64,000 nucleotides of DNA, taken from NCBI GenBank assembly GCA_041223685.1, contig JBCLQR010000015.1; one strand, written 5' to 3'. The stretch's first letter is position 1. Every line of letters begins with the position of its first letter. Below, one piece after another: positions 19,897-30,288 of the stretch. The notes beneath the pieces were generated by a model. The model ran no database searches. It was not told the DNA's origin and worked only from the letters and a program-made list of their open reading frames with translations. A program made the position numbers and the translations under genes. Source of the stretch: Lachnospiraceae bacterium 62-26 (lineage in GTDB: Bacteria > Bacillota > Clostridia > Lachnospirales > Lachnospiraceae).

Positions 19897-20109
19897 GAAA
19901 TGAGTTCTCCTTTCTTGTTCCATGCTTTTACATATATTATAATACCTGCCGTCCAAAAAGGAAATCTCTTGACATTATAATACTTGCCATTCATTAAGAA
20001 AAATCGTAAAATGAAATCTATAATCGGTCCAATCTTTTTTGCATCCCATGCATGGTAAGGATTGGGGCATCTGAAAAAGGTCATCTGACAGAGAAGGAGT
20101 AGAAGCAGA

Positions 20110-22377
20110 ATGGGTATTTTATATAATGAACAGGCAGGGATTTTTAAACTGGATGCGCTGGATACCAGTTACGTGATCGGTATCTTTGACGATGAGAGGT
20201 TTGTCTCGCATCTATATTATGGAAAGAAGATCATAGACTCGGATGTGCGTTATCTCTACGGTCCGTTATACCAGGTCCGTCCGTCGGTACTGCCGGGGCA
20301 GGCGGGGCGTATCATGGATGCAGTCCCCTTTGAATATCCGACCTTCGGATGCGGGGATTATCGTGAGCATTGTCTCGAGGTGGAGACGGTTGACGGGTAT
20401 CATGCCTGTGATCTGCGCTATGAAGCGCATAAGATTTATCCGGGCAAGCCGGCTCTTGAGGGACTGCCGTCGACTTTTGAGCGGGAAGCGGGTGATTGTA
20501 ACACGTTGGAACTGGTCTGCCGGGATAAGGTACTGAATCTTGGAGTAACGCTTCTTTATACGGTATTTGAACAGCTTAACGTGATTACCCGTGCTGTTCT
20601 TGTTACGAATGAAGATTCGAATGCTGTGTATATAAAAAGAGTCCTGTCAGGATGCGTGGAATTCGATCATCAGAACTTTGATGTGATGACACTTCACGGA
20701 AGCTGGGAGAGGGAATGCGGGCCGGTCCGCACGCCGCTGCGGCAGGGAAAGATCGTTACAGAAAGTACCAGGGGAGAGTCCGGTCCTACGGACAATCCGT
20801 TTCTGGCTGTGCTTTCCTGTGACGCCACAGAAGATACCGGAGAGGTATTTGCCATGAATCTGGTATATTCCGGCAATTTCCTTGGAGTTGCACAAGGCCA
20901 TCATTTTCGCGGTACACGGATCGTAATGGGAATCAATCCGGTCAATTTCAGCTGGAAACTGGAGCCGGGCGATACTTTTACGGCTCCGGAGGTTGTGATG
21001 GTCTATTCTGACCGGGGGCTTGGGAAAATGAGCAGGACCTTTCATGATCTGTACAGAGGGCATCTGATCCGTGACGTTTATCCGGATACGTCAAGGCCGG
21101 TCCTGATCAATAACTGGGAAGCTACGTATTTTGGGTTTACCTTTGACAGGCTGATTGAGATTGCGGCAGAGGCGTCGAAGTGCGGTATCGAATTATTTGT
21201 GCTGGACGACGGATGGTTTGGAGACCGGAACGATGAAACGAAAGGATTAGGAGACTGGTTCGTCAATGAAGAAAAGCTGCCGGGCGGTATCGCCCGCCTT
21301 TCAAAGGAGATCAACAAGCTTGGCATGAAGTTCGGACTGTGGATCGAGCCGGAGATGGTAAGTCCCGATTCTGAGCTGTTTCGCGAGCACCCGGATTGGG
21401 CGATACAGATTCCGGGAAGGCACCGGTCGTTGTTCCGACATCAATATGTTCTGGACTGGTCCAGAAGAGAAGTGCGAAGCCATATCTATGATATGATCCA
21501 TCAGGTGCTATCCGGCGCAAATGTTGAGTATATTAAGTGGGATATGAACCGTACTCTGACAGAGGCGGCGTCTGCGGCGCTTCCGGCAGACCGTCAGGGC
21601 GAGCTGTGCCACCGGTATGTACTGGGAGTCTATGAGATCATGGGAAGGCTCAGAGAGGATTTCCCTTCACTGCTTCTGGAAAATTGTTCTGCGGGCGGTT
21701 CGCGGTTTGACCCGGGCGTGCTCTATTACAGCCCTCAGATCTGGGGTTCCGACGATTCAGACGCGATAGAGCGGATCCAGATAGAGATGGGAGCCTCCAT
21801 GTGCTATCCTCTTTCCACGATAGGCGCGCATGTGAGCGCGGTGCCTAATCATCAGACCGGCAGGATCACGCCGCTTGAGACGCGGGGATATGCGGCCATG
21901 GCCGGGACGTTTGGGTATGAGCTTAATATTGCGCAGATGAGCGAGGCGGAGAAGGCGGTTATCCGTGAGCAGGTGGATATTTATCATAAATATAATTGGA
22001 TCGTGAAGGAAGGAGATCTCTACCGGATCGGAGATCCTTTTGCAAACCGTGATCATGCATGTTGGATGGTTGTATCCAGGGATAAGAAGGAAGCGCTCGT
22101 GACTTATATCCAGACACATGCTCTGCCGGGGTATTTCGGTTCTGCAAGAAAGCTGAGGCTGAAAGGATTGATGGATGAGGCGGTTTACAGGGCGGAGGTG
22201 ATCTCTGTCTCGTCAGAGGTTGTGAACGGGGATGCGCATCTGGAAGGCGGGCAGAATGCAGGAAAAGGCCGTGAGGTGCTGGAAGTGTCCGGATCGGCGC
22301 TTATGAACGCCGGATACTGGATGGAGCGTCTGGGAGGCGATTATATGGGGATGATGATACATCTGAAAGCCGAATAG
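20110..22377 (+). CDS. GH36 alpha-galactosidase
   Basis: 755 aa; GH36 catalytic region motifs FVLDDGWFGDRNDETKGLGDW, KWDMNR, ENCSAGG; adjacent GPH sugar symporter. Confidence 0.9.
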   Translation: MGILYNEQAGIFKLDALDTSYVIGIFDDERFVSHLYYGKKIIDSDVRYLYGPLYQVRPSVLPGQAGRIMDAVPFEYPTFGCGDYREHCLEVETVDGYHACDLRYEAHKIYPGKPALEGLPSTFEREAGDCNTLELVCRDKVLNLGVTLLYTVFEQLNVITRAVLVTNEDSNAVYIKRVLSGCVEFDHQNFDVMTLHGSWERECGPVRTPLRQGKIVTESTRGESGPTDNPFLAVLSCDATEDTGEVFAMNLVYSGNFLGVAQGHHFRGTRIVMGINPVNFSWKLEPGDTFTAPEVVMVYSDRGLGKMSRTFHDLYRGHLIRDVYPDTSRPVLINNWEATYFGFTFDRLIEIAAEASKCGIELFVLDDGWFGDRNDETKGLGDWFVNEEKLPGGIARLSKEINKLGMKFGLWIEPEMVSPDSELFREHPDWAIQIPGRHRSLFRHQYVLDWSRREVRSHIYDMIHQVLSGANVEYIKWDMNRTLTEAASAALPADRQGELCHRYVLGVYEIMGRLREDFPSLLLENCSAGGSRFDPGVLYYSPQIWGSDDSDAIERIQIEMGASMCYPLSTIGAHVSAVPNHQTGRITPLETRGYAAMAGTFGYELNIAQMSEAEKAVIREQVDIYHKYNWIVKEGDLYRIGDPFANRDHACWMVVSRDKKEALVTYIQTHALPGYFGSARKLRLKGLMDEAVYRAEVISVSSEVVNGDAHLEGGQNAGKGREVLEVSGSALMNAGYWMERLGGDYMGMMIHLKAE

Positions 22378-22400
22378 GGATGAAAGGCGGGGAGGATCTG

Positions 22401-24011
22401 ATGCGGAAAGAGTTCAATATTACAGGGTTGTGTGTGCCGAGGAAGCATTATATGGTGAATTTAGACGATCGTCTGGAACGGATGAAGAAAATGGTTGATA
22501 AGGGGAATTATTTTGCTATAAACCGTGCGAGGCAGTATGGGAAAACGACAACGCTTGCAGCACTGGCGAATTATCTGAGTGATAAGTATGTTGTGATATT
22601 TATAGATTTTCAGACAATCGGAAATGCAATGTATCAGGATGAAGACGCATTTGCAAGGGCGTTTGCAATTTGCTTTTTGGATGAATTTCGCACAGAATAT
22701 TCGGACTGGTCCGAAGAAATGAGACATAAGGCAGACGGGCTTGAGAAGTTGTTGGAGGAGCAGGAGAAGCCGTTTTACCTGATGAATCTGTTCAGATATC
22801 TGACCGCTTTCTGTAAGATGACCGAAAAACCGATGGTTCTGATGATTGATGAGACCGACAGTGCGGCGGATAACCAGGTGTTTTTGGATTTCCTGTCACA
22901 GCTTCGTAATTATTATCTTCAAAGGGAGCGGAAAGGAACAGAAACATTCCATTCTGTGATACTGGCGGGGGTTCATGATGTTAAGAATCTGAAAGGGAAG
23001 CTTAGGCCGAAAGAAGACGGAAGGACGAACAGCCCATGGAATATTGCTGTAAATTTTGATCTGGATATGAGTTTTTCCAAAGATGAGATAGCCGGTATGT
23101 TGAAGGAATATGAGAAAGATGTGGATTCGGGAATGGATGTTGATAAGATGGCCGGGCTGATCTATGATGAGACGTCAGGCTATCCGTTTCTGGTATGTCG
23201 CTTGTGTAAGATCATAGATGAAGAACTGCCGGAGATGCTGGATTTTCGGAATCTTTCTGAAGCCTGGAGCAGGATGGGGTTTCTTGCGGCAGTACGCATA
23301 CTGGTTCTTGAAAAGAATACATTGTTTGATTCTCTGAATCATAAGCTGGAGGAATATCCTGAATTGGAGAGGGTTATCGGCAAAGTATTGTTTAATGGGG
23401 AAAAGATTGTATATAATCCGGATCTTAGGGAAATTGATGTTGCGATGATGTTTGGATTCGCGAAACGAAAGGACGCCTCAGTTGTGATCGCGAACCGTAT
23501 TTTTGAGACACGGCTTTATAATCGTTTCCTTGCGTCTGAAGAATGGAAAGAGAGTGAGATCACACAGGCGTCTTTTTTGGATAAAAATGGGTTTGTGAGG
23601 GACGGCCGTTTAAATATGCGAAGAATACTCGAGAAATTTGTGATACATTTTCAAGAGTTATATGGAGGGAAGGATCATAAATTTATAGAAGAGTATGGAA
23701 GACGTTTTTTTCTGTTATATCTCCGTCCCATTATAAACGGAACCGGAAATTACTATATTGAGGCACAGACCAGAGATAAAAAGCGGACTGATGTCATCGT
23801 AGACTATCACGGGGAGCAATTTATTATTGAGATGAAGCTGTGGCACGGAAAAGAATATCATGAAAGAGGAGAAGCACAGCTTGCTGAATATCTGGACATT
23901 TATCAGAAGCGGACAGGATATATGCTGAGTTTTAATTTTAATAAAAAGAAAGAGACCGGTGTATTTGAGCGGATGATCGGTGACAAGCGGATTATAGAAG
24001 CAATAGTGTAA
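22401..24011 (+). CDS. AAA-ATPase (DUF1703-type) with C-terminal PD-(D/E)XK nuclease-like domain
   Basis: Start set to ATG 22401 (MRKEF.., RBS GGCGGGGAGGA); Walker A RQYGKTTTLAAL; C-terminal YYIEAQTRDKKRTDVIVDYHGEQFIIEMKLW resembles PDDEXK_9. Confidence 0.8.
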   Translation: MRKEFNITGLCVPRKHYMVNLDDRLERMKKMVDKGNYFAINRARQYGKTTTLAALANYLSDKYVVIFIDFQTIGNAMYQDEDAFARAFAICFLDEFRTEYSDWSEEMRHKADGLEKLLEEQEKPFYLMNLFRYLTAFCKMTEKPMVLMIDETDSAADNQVFLDFLSQLRNYYLQRERKGTETFHSVILAGVHDVKNLKGKLRPKEDGRTNSPWNIAVNFDLDMSFSKDEIAGMLKEYEKDVDSGMDVDKMAGLIYDETSGYPFLVCRLCKIIDEELPEMLDFRNLSEAWSRMGFLAAVRILVLEKNTLFDSLNHKLEEYPELERVIGKVLFNGEKIVYNPDLREIDVAMMFGFAKRKDASVVIANRIFETRLYNRFLASEEWKESEITQASFLDKNGFVRDGRLNMRRILEKFVIHFQELYGGKDHKFIEEYGRRFFLLYLRPIINGTGNYYIEAQTRDKKRTDVIVDYHGEQFIIEMKLWHGKEYHERGEAQLAEYLDIYQKRTGYMLSFNFNKKKETGVFERMIGDKRIIEAIV

Positions 24012-24048
24012 TACGCCTCTCCCAACCTAAAAATAAGACAACAAAACA

Positions 24049-24066
24049 TTGTCATATTCATGACAA
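24049..24066. promoter_or_regulatory. 18-bp palindrome TTGTCATATTCATGACAA upstream of the GPH symporter gene (candidate operator)
   Basis: 7-4-7 perfect inverted repeat about 100 nt upstream of the 24164 start. Confidence 0.3.
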
Positions 24067-24163
24067 CTTGTAAAATACTAAGAAATCTAAAAAATGTACG
24101 GATTCTGACAGGGCAGAATGTCTGTTATCCTTTTCTTAGCGATAAGAAAGGGAGGAGACAAAG

Positions 24164-25546
24164 ATGAATAATACTTCTACAACGGACGGAAAGCTTACCT
24201 GGAGAATCCGGGTTTCCTATGCAGGCGGAGACGTGGCGTGTAACGTGATCTTCGGAATGGTCGGAACGCTGCTTACACTTTTTTATACGGATTATGTGGG
24301 GATCAATCCGGCGACGGTCGGTATGGTCATGCTGATCTCACGTCTGTTTAACGGTGTTTCAGATCTGGTCATGGGAATGATCGTGGAGCGCACCAATTCA
24401 AAATGGGGGAAATCAAGGCCCTGGATTTTGTGGATGAGCGTGCCATACGCGCTGTCAGCCGTTCTTTTGTTTACCGTGCCGCATTCTTCGGCGATGGTGC
24501 AGGCCGTCTACATATTTGTAACCTATAATTTCTGCACGACCATATGCTATACGGCCGTCAATCTCCCCTACGGAAGTCTTTCGGCCATGATGACACGGAT
24601 ATCGGCAGAGAGAGATATGCTGAGCGTTGTGAGGATGGGGCTGTCTCCGCTTGGAAGGATTATGGCAGTGACATTTACCCTTCCTCTGGTGAAGCTGTTC
24701 GGGGATGATCAGGCGGCATGGGTTAAGACGATGGCGGTGTGGGCCGTGATCGCGCTGATCCTTCTGGTCATCTGCTTTGTAGAATGTAAGGAGACTGTAG
24801 TGATCACCGCGAAGAAGGAGGCGAAGACGGTTTCGACAGGAAAGGGACTGAAAGCGCTGGTTACGAATCAGTATTTCTGGGCTGTCCTTGTGCTTTGGAT
24901 GCTGCAAAGCGTATCCTTTGGGATATCCGGTACGATCCTTCCATACTATTGTAAATATATTTTCCATAATGATACCTGGATGTACAGCGCGCTCTATCTG
25001 ACAGAGACCTTGGTACTGGTCGCATGTATCTTCCTGTGTGCTCCGCTGATCAGGAAGTATGGCAAGAGAAATGCGGCCTTTGCAGGTGCGGTGACCGCCC
25101 TTGCGGGACAGCTGTTATTCTTTTTGAATCCATACAGCTTCACGTGGATGGTGGGAAGCTGTGTACTCCGTGCAGTAGGGCTGGCGCCTTTGAATGCGGC
25201 GGTATTCGGAATGATCGGGGATGTGGTGGAATTCGGACAATGGAAAACGCATATCCGTCAGGAGAGCCTGATATTCGCGGGCGGTTCCATCGGTACGAAG
25301 GTGGGTGCGGGACTGGCGTCTGCGCTCATGACAGGAATGCTCTCTGCGGCAGGATATATCAGCACGTCAACAGGAAGCGTGACACAGCCGGAGTCCGCGC
25401 TGAACTGTATTGTTACCATCTATAAGTTCGGGCCGGTGATCGTTGCCGGGATTGCAGTGATCACGCTTGCGCTGTATAAGCTTGATAAGAAGTATCCGTC
25501 TATCATGGAGGAACTGATGAAGAGAGAGGCACAAGGAGAGTTATAA
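24164..25546 (+). CDS. Glycoside-pentoside-hexuronide (GPH):cation symporter, MelB-like
   Basis: 460 aa, 12 TM; GPH signature region (VSYAGGDVACNVIFGMV..YTDYVGINPATVGMVMLISRLFNGVSDLVMG..RTNSKWGKSRPWIL). Confidence 0.85.
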   Translation: MNNTSTTDGKLTWRIRVSYAGGDVACNVIFGMVGTLLTLFYTDYVGINPATVGMVMLISRLFNGVSDLVMGMIVERTNSKWGKSRPWILWMSVPYALSAVLLFTVPHSSAMVQAVYIFVTYNFCTTICYTAVNLPYGSLSAMMTRISAERDMLSVVRMGLSPLGRIMAVTFTLPLVKLFGDDQAAWVKTMAVWAVIALILLVICFVECKETVVITAKKEAKTVSTGKGLKALVTNQYFWAVLVLWMLQSVSFGISGTILPYYCKYIFHNDTWMYSALYLTETLVLVACIFLCAPLIRKYGKRNAAFAGAVTALAGQLLFFLNPYSFTWMVGSCVLRAVGLAPLNAAVFGMIGDVVEFGQWKTHIRQESLIFAGGSIGTKVGAGLASALMTGMLSAAGYISTSTGSVTQPESALNCIVTIYKFGPVIVAGIAVITLALYKLDKKYPSIMEELMKREAQGEL

Positions 25547-25748
25547 GGAAATGGGAAGTTCTGCACTGAGCAGGACTGGCTGACAGGGAGATTAAAAGCA
25601 CGCAGATTTTGCGTGCTTTTATGATAAAATACTACAAAATATGTGTTGACACGCAGGCATATATTCTGTATATTAGGATATAGAGAAAATGCGTAAAAAT
25701 TAGGAAGAACAGCTTGTAAACAGGTATAGGCCGCAGAGGGACAGCAAG

Positions 25749-26691
25749 ATGGGAATCTTAAATTATGCCGGCAGGAGCTTAAGAACTGTGACGGCAATTA
25801 TGCTTGGGTTATGTGTGATATCGGGATGTGCACGCAGAGAGAGCGCGGAATCTGAGGAAGAGCCGTATACGATTGGCGTGGTTACGAAGTCCAGAGACAG
25901 TGAGTATTGGATGTCTGTGTTCGGGAATGGAGAAGGCGGCCGGAGATTACAGAGTGTCTGTCAGGATCATTTCCCCGGATTCAGAGTCCAATGACAAGAT
26001 GCAGAAGAAGATGATCCATGATCTGATACAACAGAACGTGGATGCCCTGGCGATCTCCCCGATCTCTTCTTATGACGCCCCCTATCTAGAAGAGGCAGAA
26101 GAAGAGGGGATAAGAGTGGTTGCATACGATACGAAGATCATGGCGGACGGGATACCGTACATAGGGATAGATAACCGCAAGGCGGGGGAAGAGCTTGCCG
26201 CAGATATGGCAGGACGGCTTTCGAACTGTGGAAAGGTAGGGATTGTTGCGGGTGATCTGAGGCAGACAGCGCATTCAGAACGAGTGGAGGGTATCCTCTC
26301 CTACATAGAGAAGAATACGGACATTGAGATTGCGTTTGTCGAGAGCGGGTATGCGAATCTTCTGATTTCGGATGCGGAGATATCAAGGATATTCTCAGAG
26401 CATCCGGATATTGACGGGATATTTGCCACCAGCGGGGTTACGGCCCTTGGGATCCGGCAGTATCTGGGAGAGTCTCCGGTACTTGTGATGACGGTGGACG
26501 CCCAGCAGGATGCGCTGACTGCGGTCGCAAGCGGGAAGCTTGCCGCGCTGGCTGCGCAGTCCGGATATGAGATCGGATACGAGACGGTCCGCTTTATCGC
26601 CGAGAACAGGGAGAATGACGATGGCATATTGGAAGACAGGATATTAGACGCAGATATTTTGACAAAAGACAATATAGATGAGTGGCAGTAA
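25749..26691 (+). pseudogene. Frameshifted lipoprotein-type periplasmic sugar-binding protein (PBP1, RbsB/LacI-type), sensor partner of the downstream kinase
   Basis: Frame 0 (25749..25994) encodes lipobox LGLCVISGC and domain start TIGVVTKSRDSEYWMSV; the domain continues in the +1 frame (SGMEKAAGDYRVSVRIISPDS.. to 26691); junction in the TCTGTGTTCGGG run near 25917-25923. Confidence 0.6.
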
Positions 26692-26714
26692 ATAAGTACC
26701 TAAGGAGACAGGGT

Positions 26715-28526
26715 ATGTTCCATAGTATGAGAAGTAAGATGATCCTGGCAATGCTTGTGGTGACAGGCTGTGCGGTAGTTCTGGTTACCGCGATGTTCTA
26801 TCAGAGATCTGCCGGGATGATAGAAGAGGATTACGTGGAGAACCTCTATGGCAGGCTCCGTCAGATGGGCGATGCGCTGGACGAATCCTTAAAGGAGATC
26901 TATTTTCTCACGGTACAGGCTTCCTGTGATGAGAAGATTCTTGCAGGAACGGAAGCTTATCTTTCTGAGGGTGAGGAACAGAACCTGACGGAGCTTGCAA
27001 AGATGCTTCGGGATTATTCCGGAAGACACAGCGAGGCAGGGTGCTTCTATCTGGTGATTCCTGAAAAACGGATGATCGTGACGTCTCTGGAGTATCCGGT
27101 ATATCACAAGGAGATATCGGAGGAGAAGCTTGATGAGATTGAGAAGACGGGGACGGCCTCCCTTACACCGGCGCTTATCAAAGATCCGCTGAGGGAACAG
27201 GATCATATCCTGGTATTTGTAAGCCCGGTGGAGGCGGATAACGGCGGGATATGTGCTTATGTTATGAGTTGCCTGAAAGAACGGACGCTGTATTATAATT
27301 ACCTTGATAATCTGGAAGGCGGAGAAACCTCGAGGGCGGCGCTTCTGGATGAGAATGGAAGGATCGTATCAGCGAAGCGTCTGGAACATGTGGGCATGTA
27401 TTATCCGGCAGAGCAGGAGCAGGGTTATGCCGGGACGCAGAAGGACCGTGAGGGACAAAAAAGCAAGGACGGCCGGGATATGATCTTCGTACAGTATCGG
27501 GCTGATTTCTCCGGATATTCGTTTCTGCTGGAGCGGGAGAAGAATGAAGTGTTAGCCGACTTAAGAGAGATACGCTCTTATCTGGCAGTGATTCTCCTGG
27601 CGGTCCTTGGATGTGTGGCGGTTCTGATGGTTGTGATCACGAAAGCCATGTATCAGCCCTTAAAGCGCCTGACAGAGACGATGGGGCAGGTAAGCAGGGG
27701 CGGACTGGAATGTCGTGTGGAAGTGACGACAAAGGATGAGATCGGCCTCCTGTCCGGTGAATTCAATGATATGCTGGACCATATTGAAGATCTGATCGGC
27801 CGGCTTTTGCAGGAGGAAATGCTGAAAAAAGATGCGGAGCTTGAGGCGCTTCAGTATCAGATCACGCCTCATTTCATGTACAATACACTGAATTCCATCA
27901 AGTATGCCGCGCTGTTAAAGGGCGAGGATGAGATTGGCGGTCTGCTTGAGGATTTTATAGAGCTTCTTCAGGCAAGTATCAATAAGAAGGGAAAGTTCGT
28001 TACTGTTGCGGAGGAGATCCATTTTCTTAAGAACTACATGAACTTGTAGCGTATGCGCTATGAAGAGGAAATCGTGGTTGATTACCAGATACAGCAGGAG
28101 GCTTATGCCTGTTTCCTTCCAAGGCTGATGCTCCAGCCGCTTGTGGAGAATGCGATCCTGCACGGGCTTGATCTGAGAGGCAAAAGGAACAGGATCGTGA
28201 TCGGCGGAGACGTAGAGGAGGGCCGGCTAAAGCTGTGGGTACAGGATTACGGCAGAGGAATGTCACAGGAGCAGATAGCGCGTCTCTTACAGGAGACGCA
28301 CAAGAAGGAGAAGGGGCTGTCCGGAATCGGCGTGGCGAATGTGAAGGAACGTCTGCGGCTGTATTATGGTGACGCCGGGCATGTGACGTGTGTAAGCAGT
28401 GACGCAGGTACGAAGATCTGTATGTACCTGCCTGCATACAGGGAGCAGAACCAGTATGCACTGTATGGGTTTGATATGCAGAAGGAAAAGGAGCAAGGAT
28501 ATGATCAGAACGGTGATTGTGGATGA
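26715..28526 (+). pseudogene. YesM-like sensor histidine kinase interrupted by an in-frame TAG
   Basis: N part (to 28049) has 2 TM + HAMP + His_kinase signature LQYQITPHFMYNTLNSI; TAG at 28047-28049; same frame continues RMRYEEE.. with HATPase_c (LQPLVENAILHGL, DYGRGM, GLSGIGVANVKERL) to 28526; a CAG codon at the stop position would give the family-typical ..NLQRMRY.. Confidence 0.6.
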
Positions 28527-30147
28527 TGATTTCCTGGTGCGCAGTTATCTGAGACAGCTTAAAGCGTGGGAACGGGCGGATTATCAGATCGTGGCCGATG
28601 CAAGGGACGGCGAGGAGGCGCTTACGGCTGTGGAGGAGCTGGGGCCTCAGGTGGTGATCACGGATATTTCCATGCCTTTGATGGACGGTATCGAGCTGAT
28701 TAGAAGAATACGGGAGACAAATCGTACCGTATATATTATCGTACTCAGCTGTCACGATGACTTTGAATATGTGAGAGAGGCCATGAAGCTTGGAGCCGAT
28801 GAATATGTACTGAAGAATTCACTGAATGAAGACAGCCTGTATGAGATGCTGGTCCATACGGCCGGACAGCTTAAGGACAGGAGGGCGCAGTTTCAGGAAA
28901 ATGATGAGACAAAGCGGTTGGTGGAGATGGGAAGGCAATCGCTGAAATATCATTTCTTCAACGGACTGCTTGCGGGCAGTTTAACCGCTAAGGAGCGGGA
29001 GAAGAGAAGGAAAGAGGCAGGGATCCATGCGAAATATACCAACAGTGCGGTGATCAATCTGTTCATACCTTCCTGGGGGATGCTGAAATATCAGTACAGC
29101 GGACTGGAGCTGGAGCAGTACGGACAGAGATTCTTACGAAAGCTGATCAGAGGGCTGGAACGCAGGGCAGAGGATATCTCTCTTGAAGCTTCGAACGGGA
29201 CAAGAGAGATACGGGGGAGGGATTCGCCCGGGAAAGAGATGGAATGCGTGGAATGTGTATATCTGGGAGAAGGGGTTTTCTGCTGTTTCCTGGATATGTC
29301 GGGACTGTATCGGGACAGCCTGATGAGGCAGAAGCTGACGAGCGCCGCCACGGCGTGCTATCGCTGTTGTAAAGATGAGGAGCATACTTTTTTTGTAGGC
29401 GTGAGCGGTATCTGCTTTGGAGAAGAGGGAATCCGTCAGGCATATCAACAGGCAAGAGAGATGCTGAGGCTTGGCTTTTATGAGGACGCCGGGATCCTGT
29501 ATTATGAGGATTGTCCGGGGATCGGAAGGGTTCTGCCGGGGGAGGCTCAGGAGCTTCTGGATCATGCGGCGGATTATGTGGAATGCCGGCCGTATGAGGA
29601 CATGAGAGCGGAATTTGAGAAGGTATCGTCGGTTTTTTGTAAGGAGCATACAGATCCCCGTCTGATCCTGCACTGGCTCAGGGAGCTGGATCAGCGGCTG
29701 AAGGTTGAACGGCCGCAGGAGGAGTATGCCGGGATCATCAAGATCGAACAGCTTATGTCTGCGTGTGACGCCTACAAGCCGAAGTGGTTTCTGTTGCAGA
29801 AAAAACCGCTGCCAAAGGAAGTAAGCTCGGCTGTGCGCCGGGTGGTGGAGTATCTCCATACCCATTATAAGGAACCGATCGGGCTTGCGGATGCGGCAGA
29901 GACGGCGGGACTGAATCCGGCATATTTAAGCTTCCTGTTCAAGCAGGAGCTGGGAACGGGGTTTTCCTCCTACCTCCTTGATCTGAGAATGGAGTGCGCC
30001 AGGGCTTTGCTTCGGGGCACGAATGAAAAGATAAAGGAGGTGGCAAGAGAAGCAGGATTCAACGACTATCATTATTTTTCCAAGGCATTCAAGAAGATCA
30101 ACGGATGCAGTCCGGTGGATTACCGGAAGAATCATATTAAGGTCTAA
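28501..30147 (+). CDS. YesN-like two-component response regulator with AraC-type DNA-binding domain
   Basis: Start ATG 28501 (MIRTVIVDDD, RBS AAGGAGCAAGG) overlapping the kinase 3' end; REC domain with DISMPLMDG; C-terminal AraC HTH (..GFSSYLLDLRMECARALL..FNDYHYFSKAFKK). Confidence 0.85.
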   Translation: MIRTVIVDDDFLVRSYLRQLKAWERADYQIVADARDGEEALTAVEELGPQVVITDISMPLMDGIELIRRIRETNRTVYIIVLSCHDDFEYVREAMKLGADEYVLKNSLNEDSLYEMLVHTAGQLKDRRAQFQENDETKRLVEMGRQSLKYHFFNGLLAGSLTAKEREKRRKEAGIHAKYTNSAVINLFIPSWGMLKYQYSGLELEQYGQRFLRKLIRGLERRAEDISLEASNGTREIRGRDSPGKEMECVECVYLGEGVFCCFLDMSGLYRDSLMRQKLTSAATACYRCCKDEEHTFFVGVSGICFGEEGIRQAYQQAREMLRLGFYEDAGILYYEDCPGIGRVLPGEAQELLDHAADYVECRPYEDMRAEFEKVSSVFCKEHTDPRLILHWLRELDQRLKVERPQEEYAGIIKIEQLMSACDAYKPKWFLLQKKPLPKEVSSAVRRVVEYLHTHYKEPIGLADAAETAGLNPAYLSFLFKQELGTGFSSYLLDLRMECARALLRGTNEKIKEVAREAGFNDYHYFSKAFKKINGCSPVDYRKNHIKV

Positions 30148-30288
30148 AGAAAAGACAACTTTTATCTGACCAGAAAGCAACAAACCTAAAATAATTACAG
30201 TTTTTTTAGACCTGCGGGTATGGTATATTTTTTATAGAAAAGCAAGAGAAGAGAAGAAGAGTGGATATAGAGAAAGGAGAGTCAAGAG

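Noticed and set aside
19957-20109. Promoter call TTGACA immediately followed by TATAAT
   Set aside because: The spacing between the hexamers is 1 nt, incompatible with a sigma-A promoter; the region is AT-rich so chance hexamers are expected.
25828-26691. Treating the second sugar-binding-protein fragment as an independent CDS starting at MEKAAG
   Set aside because: It lacks a signal peptide and the first third of the binding domain, which is encoded in the preceding frame; better explained as one frameshifted gene.
28053-28526. Standalone 157-aa HATPase_c protein
   Set aside because: Same frame as the upstream kinase fragment, separated only by TAG plus one codon; HATPase_c domains are not functional alone.
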